This document shows positions 10,122-19,782 of a DNA stretch of 64,000 bases, piece by piece (the first letter of the stretch is position 1; each line of letters opens with the position of its first letter). A program made the position numbers and the translations under genes. A model generated the notes under the pieces. The model had not been told where the DNA came from. It saw only the letters and a program-made list of their open reading frames with translations, and made no database searches. The stretch is from an uncultured Gemmatimonadales bacterium. Lineage in GTDB: Bacteria > Gemmatimonadota > Gemmatimonadetes > Longimicrobiales > RSA9. The DNA lies in the NCBI GenBank assembly GCA_963798085.1, contig CAWCRS010000007.1:992001-1056000 (forward strand). Reading direction: 5' to 3'.

Positions 10122-10945
10122 TAGCGCTGGTCGAACGATTCGGCTTCGTACTGCCCGGACTGGGCGATCTGCTCCAGATCCTCATTGTCGCCGCTGCCAT
10201 CTACTACGTGCTGCGGCTGCTGGCCGCGACACGCGCACTGCAGATGCTCGTCGGCCTGCTGGTGCTGGCACTGATCTACTTCGCCTCGCGGATCCTCAAC
10301 CTCGAGCTGATCCGCTACATCCTCGAGAAGCTCTTCCAGTACGGCGCGATCGCCGCGCTCATCGTGTTCCAGCCGGAGCTGCGCAACGGCCTGGCCCGCC
10401 TGGGACAGAGCCGGATGCTGCGCATCTTCAACCGGCTGGAGAGCCAGGAGCTGACCGAGGAGCTGGTGGATGCGGTGGAGCGTCTCTCCCGCTCGGGCAC
10501 AGGCGCCATCCTCGCGCTGGAACATGAGGTGGGACTCACGGAATACGCGGTTACGGGCACTCGCCTGCAGGCGAGAGTGAGCGGCGATCTGATCGTCAGC
10601 ATCTTCTCACCCTATGGACCATTGCATGATGGCGCCGTTCTCATTCGTGGCGACACCATCATCGCCGCAGGCGTGATTCTGCCGCTCACGCAGTTCCCCG
10701 TTTCAGACCGCACACTCGGCACGCGCCATCGCGCCGCCCTCGGTCTTTCTGAAGAGACCGATGCTCTGGTCATCGTGGTGAGCGAAGAAACCTCGACGAT
10801 CTCCATCGCCCAGCACGGCCGGCTGGAACGCAAAGTCTCGCTCGAGCGCCTGCGCACCGCCGTCGGCAGCGAACCCGGGGAGCGCGCGGAGCCGAGAGTA
10901 CCGGCGGCGCCCGGTGTCGCCGAGCGGGTCGGCGAGAAGGTCTGA
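10118..10945 (+). CDS. cdaA: Diadenylate cyclase CdaA/DacA
   Basis: Three N-terminal TM helices, IVFQPELR, LHDGA and GTRHRAA catalytic motifs, VSEET. Confidence 0.94.
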   Translation: MIALVERFGFVLPGLGDLLQILIVAAAIYYVLRLLAATRALQMLVGLLVLALIYFASRILNLELIRYILEKLFQYGAIAALIVFQPELRNGLARLGQSRMLRIFNRLESQELTEELVDAVERLSRSGTGAILALEHEVGLTEYAVTGTRLQARVSGDLIVSIFSPYGPLHDGAVLIRGDTIIAAGVILPLTQFPVSDRTLGTRHRAALGLSEETDALVIVVSEETSTISIAQHGRLERKVSLERLRTAVGSEPGERAEPRVPAAPGVAERVGEKV

Positions 10946-11286
10946 GGCTGGCGCCTGTTGCTCGGGCTGGGGTTCGGGATGGTGTTACGGATCGGGATCG
11001 GCTTCTGCCCAGCTGAGCGCGGGGCACGCTCTAACAGATCATCTCACACAGGGGCCACAGGGTCGGTGGAGGAGGATGCGCGGGAGCTCACGCGAGAGCC
11101 CTGGACCACCATGGCGTTCCGAGAGTGGCGCCTGCGTCGGCTCCACCAGGTCTGACACCGCGTTCCAATCCGTTGAATCCGTAACCCCAGCCTCAGCACC
11201 AGCAGCGCCATCCAGAATCGTACCGCAGTTCCCCAGCAACCAGCCCCGGCAACGAGCAACCAGCAACGCCGTTCAAGAATGGTACG

Positions 11287-11317
11287 TTGAACTTTGACGC
11301 CGGCGTAACTACGTTAC
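11287..11317 (+). promoter_or_regulatory. Putative sigma70 promoter for yggS, probably leaderless
   Basis: TTGAAC (11287-11292), 17 bp, TACGTT (11310-11315); ATG 7 nt downstream with no RBS; GTAAC-N3-GTTAC inverted repeat overlaps the -10. Confidence 0.5.
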
Positions 11318-11321
11318 CAGC

Positions 11322-12014
11322 ATGTATCTGGCGCGGCTGCGCGAACATCTGCCGCAGGTCGAAGAGCGGATCGCGCGGGCGCTCGAGCGGTCGGGACGCG
11401 CCAGTGCGGTTACGATCGTCGGCGTGACGAAGGGCCATCCGGCGGCGGCTGTGCGCGCCGCGGCGGAAGCGGGTCTGCGTCACTGCGGTGAGAACCGGGT
11501 GGCCGAGCTCGCGGGCAAGCGCGCGGAGCTGGGTCAGCCGGTTCAATGGCATCTGATCGGGCATCTGCAGCGGAACAAGGTCCGGCAGGCACTCGGCCTG
11601 TTCGACCTGATCCATTCGGTGGATTCCGTCCGGCTGGCGGAGGAGCTTTCGGCCGAGGGCGGTCGCTCCGGGGTACCGGTGGAAGCGCTGGTGCAGGTGA
11701 ATGCGTCGGGCGAGGGCACGAAGGGCGGTCTGGACGTGGAGTTGGCCCTTGGGACTATCGCGGAAATGGCTCTGCTGCCGACACTTCACCTCAGGGGCCT
11801 CATGACGATGGCCCCGTTCACGGATGACGAAGCGGTGCTGCGCCGAACATTCCGGCGCACGCGCGAGCTTTTTGACGCGTGTGCGCGGGAGGTGGCGGGC
11901 TTCGAGGCCCGACACCTGTCCATGGGGATGTCGAATGATTTCGAGATCGCCGTGGAGGAGGGGAGCACAATGCTCCGGCTGGGTACCGTCCTGTTCGGGG
12001 AGCGAACACAATGA
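11322..12014 (+). CDS. yggS: PLP homeostasis protein YggS
   Basis: VGVTK, GENRV, WHLIGHLQRNK, LMTMAP and LSMGMSNDF...GSTMLRLGT motifs. Confidence 0.95.
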   Translation: MYLARLREHLPQVEERIARALERSGRASAVTIVGVTKGHPAAAVRAAAEAGLRHCGENRVAELAGKRAELGQPVQWHLIGHLQRNKVRQALGLFDLIHSVDSVRLAEELSAEGGRSGVPVEALVQVNASGEGTKGGLDVELALGTIAEMALLPTLHLRGLMTMAPFTDDEAVLRRTFRRTRELFDACAREVAGFEARHLSMGMSNDFEIAVEEGSTMLRLGTVLFGERTQ

Positions 12015-13717
12015 TCGAGCTGACGCCACTCGACGTTCGGAAGAAGAAGGGAGACTTCCGACGAGGGCTGAGAGGATACGAAACCGCGCTGGTCGATGAT
12101 TTTCTCGACCTGGTCGCGGATCGACTGGAAGTACTGGTGCGCGAAGCGGCGTCGATGGGTGAGCGCGTCGCCAGGCTCGAGCAGCAGGTTGCGGATTACC
12201 GGGATCGCGAGCGCGCGCTGACCGAAGCGCTGGTCACGGCGCAGCAAATGCGCGAAGACATCCGCACACAGTCGACGCGCGAAGTCGAGCTGCTGCGTCG
12301 TCAGGCCGAGCAGGAGGCCAGCCAGATCAAGGCGGAAGCGGTCCAGTCGCGCGAGCACGAGGAAGAAGCACTGCGCTCGCTGCGCGCACGACAGACGCAG
12401 GTCATCAGCAGCTACAAGGCGTTCCTCGAGCAGGAAATCTCGCACCTCAACGCGATGGCGCGGGGGCTCGACATGCACGCGGGCTCAATGCCGGCGCCGC
12501 CGGCCGCCCCGCCTGTGATGCCATCCCATACGCCGCCAGCACAATCGCCGGCGGCATCCACCGAACCGGCGAAAACCGCTCCGCCCGCACCGCCACCGCC
12601 GCCCGCACGGCCGCCTGTCATGGAGCGGCCCGCAGCGCCGGCGGCAGAAGCCAGCCCGTACGCGCGCGGTCCCGTCAGCTCGGTGGCCTCTCCGGCCTCG
12701 CCGGCCTCGCCGCCGCTACCACGACCGGGTCCCGTACCGTCGCCGCGCATGGCGGAACGCCCCGAGCCGCGAGGCGAGATTTCCACCGCGACGCGCAGCG
12801 AACCTTCGCGCACCAATGTGAGGCAGGGCGGTGCGGGGCGCGCAACAGAGCCGCCGCGCGCAGCATCCGGCCTGGCGCTGCCCATGGACGAAGTGGAAGC
12901 GCAACTGGAAGAAGCGCTGGCGCGCTGGGAGCCTGAGCTGGAGCAGGAACTGGAGCTGGGGAGCGACGACGCGGAAGACGATGCGCTGGTTCAGGAGATG
13001 GAGCTGCTGCTCTCCGATGATGACGTAGTGGGCGCGAATCGCAACGACGACGAGGAGAATGAGCCGGAAGCGAGCGCACCCGCGGACACCGACGATGACG
13101 ATGAGGTGCTCGAGTTTCTCGGCCTGATGGAGGACGACGAGCCGGCGGATGATTCCGAAGCCGACGACGCAGTCGCGTCGTCGCCTGCCATGCCTGCCGC
13201 CACGACAGCCGAGGCGCCCATGCCCGCGCCCCCGGCAGCGCCGCAGCGTACGGATGCGCAGCGTGCCGAGCTGGCGCGTGAAGCTTCGGCGGCGCTGCCC
13301 GAGACCGAATCGGCGAGCAGCGAGTTGATCGACCTCGATGACGCTTTCGGTGAGCCGCCGGTCACGCCAGCGGCACAAGCAGACGCGGAATCCGCTGTCG
13401 CTGAGGAACCCGAGCCGACGCCGACGGCCGCGCTGGAAGAGGCGTTCGAAGAAGCGCCGCCGGAGCCGGTCGCCGACGGACACACCGACGCCGGCAACGG
13501 GCACTCGAGCAACGGTCGCGACCTGATCGATCTGGATGCGCTGGGCTCGATCTCCAATTTCGATCTGCCCGGTCCCGGGTCCGGGGACACCTCGACACTG
13601 ACGCTGCACCCCATGTTCTTCGACCAGGAGTCGTCGGACTTACCGGGGATCAAGGAGTCCCGCGACAAGGCGAAGGACGAGCGACGCGACCGCTGGTCAT
13701 CGTCAGGAGGCGGGTGA
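12011..13717 (+). CDS. divIVA: DivIVA-domain protein with a long Pro-rich/acidic disordered tail
   Basis: LTPLDVRKK..F.RGLRGY...VDDFLD DivIVA signature plus coiled coil; located between yggS and ileS. Confidence 0.85.
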   Translation: MIELTPLDVRKKKGDFRRGLRGYETALVDDFLDLVADRLEVLVREAASMGERVARLEQQVADYRDRERALTEALVTAQQMREDIRTQSTREVELLRRQAEQEASQIKAEAVQSREHEEEALRSLRARQTQVISSYKAFLEQEISHLNAMARGLDMHAGSMPAPPAAPPVMPSHTPPAQSPAASTEPAKTAPPAPPPPPARPPVMERPAAPAAEASPYARGPVSSVASPASPASPPLPRPGPVPSPRMAERPEPRGEISTATRSEPSRTNVRQGGAGRATEPPRAASGLALPMDEVEAQLEEALARWEPELEQELELGSDDAEDDALVQEMELLLSDDDVVGANRNDDEENEPEASAPADTDDDDEVLEFLGLMEDDEPADDSEADDAVASSPAMPAATTAEAPMPAPPAAPQRTDAQRAELAREASAALPETESASSELIDLDDAFGEPPVTPAAQADAESAVAEEPEPTPTAALEEAFEEAPPEPVADGHTDAGNGHSSNGRDLIDLDALGSISNFDLPGPGSGDTSTLTLHPMFFDQESSDLPGIKESRDKAKDERRDRWSSSGGG

Positions 13718-14574
13718 GCGGCGAAGCGGACACCACACGAACGGCGTTGCGCGAAGCCGTCGAAGCAATCCGCACACACATTCGCAGCGCGCCAGAATAC
13801 GCGATCATCCTGGGCACGGGACTCGGGCGGCTGGCATCCGAGATCCGCGTCGAGGCGGCGATTGCGTATGCCGAGATCCCGCACTTTCCGCTTTCCACTG
13901 TCGAGACGCACACGGGCCGGCTCATCCTGGGTGAGCTGGAAGGCCGGCACGTCGTGGCAATGCAGGGGCGATTTCACCGCTACGAGGGGTACACGCTCGC
14001 GGAGGTGACATTCCCCGTGCGCGTCATGCGCCTGCTCGGAGCGGAAACGCTGATCGTCTCCAATGTGAGCGGCGGCATGAACCCGCTCTGGCGGCCAGGC
14101 AATGTGGTGCTTCTCGATGACCACATCAATCTGCTGGGTGACAACCCGCTCATCGGTCCGAATCTGGACGAGCTGGGTCCGCGCTTTCCGGACATGTCTT
14201 CGCCTTACGACGCGGAGCTGCAGGCGCACGCGGAAGCCGCGGCGCTGGAGCTGGGCATGGCGCTGCGCCGCGGTGTCTACGTGGCGGTGGCGGGACCGAA
14301 CCTCGAGACGCGCGCGGAATACCGCATGCTGCGTGCACTGGGCGCGGACGTGGTGGGCATGAGCACCGTGCCCGAAGTGATCGTCGCGCGGCACATGAGC
14401 ATGCGGGTGCTGGGGCTCAGCATCATCACGGATGCGTGTCTGCCGGATGCGTTGGAGCCCGCGAACATTGATGTTATCATCCGCACCGCCGGTGAGGCCG
14501 AGCCGCGGCTCACCGCGCTGATCCGGAAGGTACTGCAGCGAGCCGGTCCCGGGAGGGAAGCCAGGGCCGTCTGA
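13714..14574 (+). CDS. punA: Purine-nucleoside phosphorylase (trimeric type)
   Basis: IILGTGLG, GRFHRYEGY, GPNLETRAE and VGMSTVPE motifs. Confidence 0.93.
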   Translation: MSGEADTTRTALREAVEAIRTHIRSAPEYAIILGTGLGRLASEIRVEAAIAYAEIPHFPLSTVETHTGRLILGELEGRHVVAMQGRFHRYEGYTLAEVTFPVRVMRLLGAETLIVSNVSGGMNPLWRPGNVVLLDDHINLLGDNPLIGPNLDELGPRFPDMSSPYDAELQAHAEAAALELGMALRRGVYVAVAGPNLETRAEYRMLRALGADVVGMSTVPEVIVARHMSMRVLGLSIITDACLPDALEPANIDVIIRTAGEAEPRLTALIRKVLQRAGPGREARAV

Positions 14575-14594
14575 ACAGGGCGACGACGCACGAC

Positions 14595-17500
14595 ATGAAA
14601 TACCCCGAGTATCCCGCATCACCCGTCGAACTCGAGGAATGGGTTCTGGCACGGTGGCGCGAGGAGGATCTGTTGCGCCGCACGCTGGAGGCGACGGCGC
14701 ACCTGCCCGAGTTCGTGTTCCACGAGGGACCGCCGACGGCCAACGGCCGGCCCGGCATCCATCACGTCATCAGCCGCACGCTCAAGGACCTGGTGTGCCG
14801 TTTCCAGACGATGAACGGACACCACGTCACCCGCATCGCGGGCTGGGACACGCACGGCCTGCCGGTGGAGATCGAAGCGGAGAAGAAGCTGGGCATCAAC
14901 GGCAAACGCGAGATCGAGGCGATTGGCGTGGCGCGCTTCAACGAGGTCTGCCGCGAGAGCGTTTTCACGTACAAGGAGGAGTGGGAGCGGCTTTCCGAGC
15001 GCATCGGCTACTGGCTGGACTACTCGAAGCCGTACGTCACGTTCACGCCCGAGTACATCGAGAGCGTGTGGTGGATCCTGGGGCAGCTGTGGGAGCGCGG
15101 GCTGATCTATCGCGGGCACAAGAGCGTGCCCTACTGCCCGCGCTGCGGTACCGCGCTCAGCTCGCACGAGGTGGCGCAGGGCTATGAGGAGGTGAAGGAC
15201 CCGTCGCTCTACTTCCTGTGCCCGCTGCTCACGGCGGACGGCCGCCCCGATCCGGACAACAGAGCGTTTGCCGTATGGACGACGACGCCGTGGACGGTGC
15301 CATCGAACGTGGCCCTCGCAATGCATCCGGATCTGCCCTACGTCGAAGTCGAGGCGGACGGCAGGCGGCTCATCCTGGCGGAGTCACGCGTCGCCGCCAC
15401 ACTCGGTGACGCTGTGTCCGTGCTGCGCCGCTACGCGGCACACGAGCTGGAAGGCGTGCGCTACGCGCGGCCGCTGGACATGGTGCCCGCAGCAGAGAGC
15501 GATACCGGCTGGCGCGTGGTGCTGGAACGCTTCGTCACGGCGGATGACGGCACCGGCATCGTGCACATTGCGCCCGCGTTCGGTGCCGATGACTACGCGA
15601 CCGGGCAGAAATACGACCTGCCATTCCTGCGCCCCGTGGATGACGCGGGCCGCTTCGAGGCAGGCATCGCGCTGGTGGGCGGCATGTTCGTGAAGGATGC
15701 GGACGCGCCGCTGGTCCAGGCGCTCGAGCAGCGCGGCCTGCTGCTGCGCTATGGTCAGGTGGTGCACACCTATCCGCACTGCTGGCGCTGTGGCAGTCCA
15801 CTGCTCTACATGGCGAGAGACTCGTGGTACATCCGCACGACGGCTCTCAAGCAGAACCTGCTGGACAACAATGCGCAGGTGAGCTGGCATCCGCCGGAAG
15901 TGGGATCGGGCCGGTTTGGTGAATGGCTGGAAGGCAATGTCGACTGGGCGCTCTCGCGCGAGCGCTACTGGGGCACACCCCTGCCCGCCTGGGTGTGCGA
16001 CAACAATGCCGCGCACGTGGACTTCCTCGGCTCGTTCGCGGCACTGGCGGAGAGAGTCGGGCCGCTGACGGAGCCATTCGATCCGCACAAGCCGTTCATC
16101 GATGAGCTGACATGGTCGTGCGCGCAGTGCGATGGCACCATGCGGCGTACGCCGGAAGTGATCGACGTGTGGTTCGACTCCGGGTCGATGCCCTATGCGC
16201 AGTGGCACTACCCGTTCGAGAACCAGGCGCAGTTCCAGCGCCACTTCCCGGCGGACTACATCTGCGAAGGCGTGGACCAGACGCGCGGCTGGTTCTATTC
16301 GCTGATGGCGATCTCGACAATGCTGGGACTGGGTCCCGCGTACCGCAACGTCGTGGTGAACGACCTGGTGCTGGACGCGGAAGGCCTGAAGATGTCGAAG
16401 TCGCGGGGCAACGTGGTGGACCCGTGGCAGGCGATCGCGCAATTCGGCGCCGATGCCATCCGCTGGTATTTCCTCACGGTGTCGCAGCCATGGGTGCCCA
16501 AGCGTTTCGATCCCGCGGCACTGACCACGGGCGCGCGCGGCACGTTCGACCGGTTGAGCAACACCTATCGCTTCTTCGCCATGTATGCGAACGAAGAGGG
16601 GTGGACGCCGGCTGTCGCGGCGCCGCCGGTTGCCGAACGCCACACGCTCGATCGCTGGGTACTCTCCCGCGTGAGCGATCTGGCGCGCCGCGTGCACGCG
16701 GACTTCGAGGCGTACGACATCACGCGCGCGGCCAGGGCTATCGCGGAATTCGTGGTGGACGATCTGTCCAACTGGTACGTGCGCGGCAGCCGCGACCGCT
16801 TCTACGGGCGGGCCGGGCAGGCCGACGCGGCCGCTACTAACGCCGCGTTTGCCACACTGCACGAAACCCTGGTCGCGGTGGCCCGCATGCTGGCGCCGCT
16901 GGTGCCGTTCCACGCCGACTGGCTGCATCGCGCGCTGTGCGACAATGCCAGCGTGCACCTCTCGCCTTTCCCGGGCAGTCCGGCGAGCAATGTGGCGCAG
17001 GCCGCCGTGGACGACACGCTGGAGCGGGGCATGACGGCGGTGCGCGAGCTGGTGCGGCTGGGTCGGGCGGGGAGGGACCGCGTGCGCATTCGCACCCGGC
17101 AGCCGCTGAGCACGCTGTTCGCCGTGGTGCCGGGCCGCCACGCGCTGGATAACACGCTGCTCGAAGTGCTGAAGGAAGAGCTGAACGTGCGCGAGGTGCG
17201 TTTCCCGGAGCGTGCCGATGAGCTGGTGACGCTGCGCGCGTCGCCCAGCTTCCGCGTACTGGGCAAGCGCTTCGGCGGCCGGACGCAGCATGCGGCGGAG
17301 CACATCCGCGCACTGTCTTCCGCGGCACTGGCCGCGTTCCGCGCGGGTGCGCCGCTGGCGATCGAGCTGGAAGGCGAGCGCTTCACGCTGAGCGCGGAGG
17401 AAGTCGAGGTGCGGGAAGAGCCGCGCGGCGAGCTGGCCATCGAGTCGGACGGCGGCTACACCGTCGCCATCGACACGACGGTTACGGAAGAGCTGCGCCT

Positions 17501-17765
17501 GGAAGGACTGGCGCGCGATCTGGTGAACCGCATTCAGCGGCTGCGCCGGGATGCGAAGCTGCACGTCAGCGACCGCATCCGACTGGGCATCTTCGGACCG
17601 GAAACCGTGCGCGCCGCCGTCGCGGTCCATGGCGCCAGCATCGCCCGCGAAACGCTGGCCACCGACCTCGTGAGCGACGCGGCGGCGCCGGATGGCGTGT
17701 TCCCGTTCACGAGCGACGTGGACCTGGACGGCCTTGTCCTGACCATCGGACTGGCGCGCGCATGA
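14595..17765 (+). CDS. ileS: Isoleucine--tRNA ligase, type 2
   Basis: EGPPTANG.PGIHH, GWDTHGLP, WTTTPWT, GTGIVH, SRERYWGTP, KMSKS; long type-2 C-terminus without a zinc finger. Confidence 0.97.
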   Translation: MKYPEYPASPVELEEWVLARWREEDLLRRTLEATAHLPEFVFHEGPPTANGRPGIHHVISRTLKDLVCRFQTMNGHHVTRIAGWDTHGLPVEIEAEKKLGINGKREIEAIGVARFNEVCRESVFTYKEEWERLSERIGYWLDYSKPYVTFTPEYIESVWWILGQLWERGLIYRGHKSVPYCPRCGTALSSHEVAQGYEEVKDPSLYFLCPLLTADGRPDPDNRAFAVWTTTPWTVPSNVALAMHPDLPYVEVEADGRRLILAESRVAATLGDAVSVLRRYAAHELEGVRYARPLDMVPAAESDTGWRVVLERFVTADDGTGIVHIAPAFGADDYATGQKYDLPFLRPVDDAGRFEAGIALVGGMFVKDADAPLVQALEQRGLLLRYGQVVHTYPHCWRCGSPLLYMARDSWYIRTTALKQNLLDNNAQVSWHPPEVGSGRFGEWLEGNVDWALSRERYWGTPLPAWVCDNNAAHVDFLGSFAALAERVGPLTEPFDPHKPFIDELTWSCAQCDGTMRRTPEVIDVWFDSGSMPYAQWHYPFENQAQFQRHFPADYICEGVDQTRGWFYSLMAISTMLGLGPAYRNVVVNDLVLDAEGLKMSKSRGNVVDPWQAIAQFGADAIRWYFLTVSQPWVPKRFDPAALTTGARGTFDRLSNTYRFFAMYANEEGWTPAVAAPPVAERHTLDRWVLSRVSDLARRVHADFEAYDITRAARAIAEFVVDDLSNWYVRGSRDRFYGRAGQADAAATNAAFATLHETLVAVARMLAPLVPFHADWLHRALCDNASVHLSPFPGSPASNVAQAAVDDTLERGMTAVRELVRLGRAGRDRVRIRTRQPLSTLFAVVPGRHALDNTLLEVLKEELNVREVRFPERADELVTLRASPSFRVLGKRFGGRTQHAAEHIRALSSAALAAFRAGAPLAIELEGERFTLSAEEVEVREEPRGELAIESDGGYTVAIDTTVTEELRLEGLARDLVNRIQRLRRDAKLHVSDRIRLGIFGPETVRAAVAVHGASIARETLATDLVSDAAAPDGVFPFTSDVDLDGLVLTIGLARA

Positions 17766-18265
17766 CAGCGAACGCGAATCAGGCGAAGCTGCGCTTCCTG
17801 CTGCTCATTCTGTTCGTGGTGGTGGCGCTGGACACGGCGACCAAGCTGGCGGTGCAGCGCACGATGGGCCGCTACGATCGCGTGCCGGTGCTGGGCAATG
17901 TGGTGCGCCTCACGTACATCCAGAATCCGGGCGCCGCATTCGGCATCCATCTGGGCGCGCACTCGCGCATCATCTTCCTGCTGCTGTCGCTGCTCGCGCT
18001 GGGTGTACTGGCGGCCATGTACTGGTACACGCCGGCGACCGACCGCGCCCGCCTGCTGGCCATCGCCCTGATCTGCGGTGGCGCACTCGGGAACCTGGTG
18101 GACCGCGTGCGCTCGCCGCTGGGTGTGGTGGACTTCGTCGATGTGGGTCTGGGCTCACTGCGCTGGCCGGTCTTCAATGTTGCGGACATGGCTGTTACCA
18201 CGGGAGCGATCGTGCTGGCCCTTTCCCTCTGGCGGGAGGACAAGCGCGTTGCAGGAGCTGACTGA
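17762..18265 (+). CDS. lspA: Lipoprotein signal peptidase II
   Basis: NPGAAFG, GALGNLVDR, VVDF and FNVAD motifs. Confidence 0.96.
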   Translation: MTANANQAKLRFLLLILFVVVALDTATKLAVQRTMGRYDRVPVLGNVVRLTYIQNPGAAFGIHLGAHSRIIFLLLSLLALGVLAAMYWYTPATDRARLLAIALICGGALGNLVDRVRSPLGVVDFVDVGLGSLRWPVFNVADMAVTTGAIVLALSLWREDKRVAGAD

Positions 18266-19226
18266 GCCGGGACCGGTGCGGCTGGTGGTGGAAGCCTCCG
18301 TGGCGGAGCGGCTGGACAGCTGGCTGGCGGCCCGCCTGCCCCAGCATTCGCGGTCGCGCATTGTGCAGCTGATCGAGCAGGGTCACGTGCGCGTGAACGG
18401 CGAGCAGCCGCGCAAGAGGGATCACCCGGCAGCGGGCGATGTCATCGAAATCGACATACCCCCACCCGAGCCGTCGGCGTTGCTGCCGGAAGCGATTCCG
18501 CTGCGCATCGCCTGGGAGGATGCGGATCTGCTCGTGGTGGACAAGCCGGCGGGCCTGGTGGTGCACCCGGCGCCGGGGCATCCGTCGGGAACGCTGGTGA
18601 ATGCGCTGCTGCACCACGCCGGCGATCTGCAGGGCATTGGCGGAGTCCGCCGGCCCGGGCTGGTGCACCGCCTGGATCGCGACACCTCCGGACTCATGCT
18701 GGTGGCGAAAACGGAGGCGGCGCAGCGCGCATTGTCGAGCGCGTTGAAGCGGCGGGAGATTCGTCGCCTGTATCAGGTTGCAGCCTGGGGCCACCTTCGA
18801 TCCGATACTGTGAAGGTGGAGGCGCCGATCGGGCGGTCGCCGTCCGATCGGAAACGCATGGCGGTAGTGGAGAGCGGGCGCGCAGCGGTCACGCATTTCG
18901 AGCGGCTGGAGCGCTGGCGAGGCGTGGATCTCCTGCAGGCAAGGCTGGAAACGGGGCGCACGCATCAGATTCGCGTTCACCTGTCGCACATCGGGCATTC
19001 CGTGGTCGGGGATCGGGCCTATGGCGGAGCAGACGATCGGGGCACGAGCGGACCGGCGCGCGTATGGGCGCGCGAGCTGTTGCAACGCGTGCACCGACAG
19101 TTTCTGCACGCGACAGAGTTGTCGTTCCGGCACCCGCGCACAGGGGAGATGATGCAACTGCGCTCGCCATTGCCCGCTGATCTGGAAGCTGCGGCCGAAT
19201 GGGCGCGGCAGACTTCGTCTGGTTGA
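18249..19226 (+). CDS. rluD: RluA-family pseudouridine synthase (RluD-like); start uncertain
   Basis: S4 domain (RLDSWLA...SRS), VDKPAGLVVHP, HRLDRDTSG and TGRTHQIRVH. Confidence 0.92.
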   Translation: MQELTEPGPVRLVVEASVAERLDSWLAARLPQHSRSRIVQLIEQGHVRVNGEQPRKRDHPAAGDVIEIDIPPPEPSALLPEAIPLRIAWEDADLLVVDKPAGLVVHPAPGHPSGTLVNALLHHAGDLQGIGGVRRPGLVHRLDRDTSGLMLVAKTEAAQRALSSALKRREIRRLYQVAAWGHLRSDTVKVEAPIGRSPSDRKRMAVVESGRAAVTHFERLERWRGVDLLQARLETGRTHQIRVHLSHIGHSVVGDRAYGGADDRGTSGPARVWARELLQRVHRQFLHATELSFRHPRTGEMMQLRSPLPADLEAAAEWARQTSSG

Positions 19227-19252
19227 CCGCCTCGTGCGCGCGGACGTATTGT
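19223..19252 (+). promoter_or_regulatory. Putative sigma70 promoter of the che/mgl operon
   Basis: TTGACC (19223-19228), 18 bp, TATTGT (19247-19252), about 50 nt upstream of cheW. Confidence 0.55.
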
Positions 19253-19300
19253 TCCCGCAGCCTGCCAGTCAAGGCTCTCCCCGAGACAAAGTCGTGCACA

Positions 19301-19759
19301 ATGGAGCGTGACCTTTCCATCGGCGAATCCGCGCACGCGCCACCCTCGCCGTGGGCGTTCTTCGCCTGCAGTGGCAAGGGTTACGCAGTGCCGCTGGAAC
19401 GCGTCGATGAGATCGTGCCGCCGCAACCGCTCACGCGCATTCCCGGTTGCGGACCGTCCGTGTGCGGGCTGATCGGCCTGCGCGGCCGGGTGATCACCGT
19501 GTTCGATCTGGGCGTGCTGACAGGCGTGTCAGCAGCCGCGGCGCACCCGGATTATCGTGTGGTGCTCATGTGGCGGGGCGAGCGCGTGCTTGGCCTTGCC
19601 GTTGACGAAATGATCACGATCGCCTCGCCGGAAGAGGCGGAAGACATGGAAGCCGCCAGGGACGGCGGCGCCGACGCGGCGAACCGTGCAGTGAAGATCG
19701 GCGGCCGCGAATTCACCATACTCGACCCGGACGGACTGTTTGCCACGTTGCTTACCTGA
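19301..19759 (+). CDS. cheW: CheW coupling protein
   Basis: YAVPL..V.EI...LTRIPG...GLIGLRGRVITVFDL...GLAVD. Confidence 0.88.
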   Translation: MERDLSIGESAHAPPSPWAFFACSGKGYAVPLERVDEIVPPQPLTRIPGCGPSVCGLIGLRGRVITVFDLGVLTGVSAAAAHPDYRVVLMWRGERVLGLAVDEMITIASPEEAEDMEAARDGGADAANRAVKIGGREFTILDPDGLFATLLT

Positions 19760-19782
19760 CGGCCGGGCGTTGTGAGGAGGTC

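Noticed and set aside
10914..11297. Small protein-coding ORF or c-di-AMP (ydaO) riboswitch in the cdaA-yggS gap
   Set aside because: Atypical codon usage, GGAGG too close to the ATG at 11076, and no recognisable ydaO consensus; kept only as a structured-element candidate
15384..17630. Long antisense ORFs (here and at 7939-9279, 39166-40740, 42405-44300, 58761-60896 and others)
   Set aside because: Shadow ORFs expected at high GC opposite well-supported genes; no motifs or RBS
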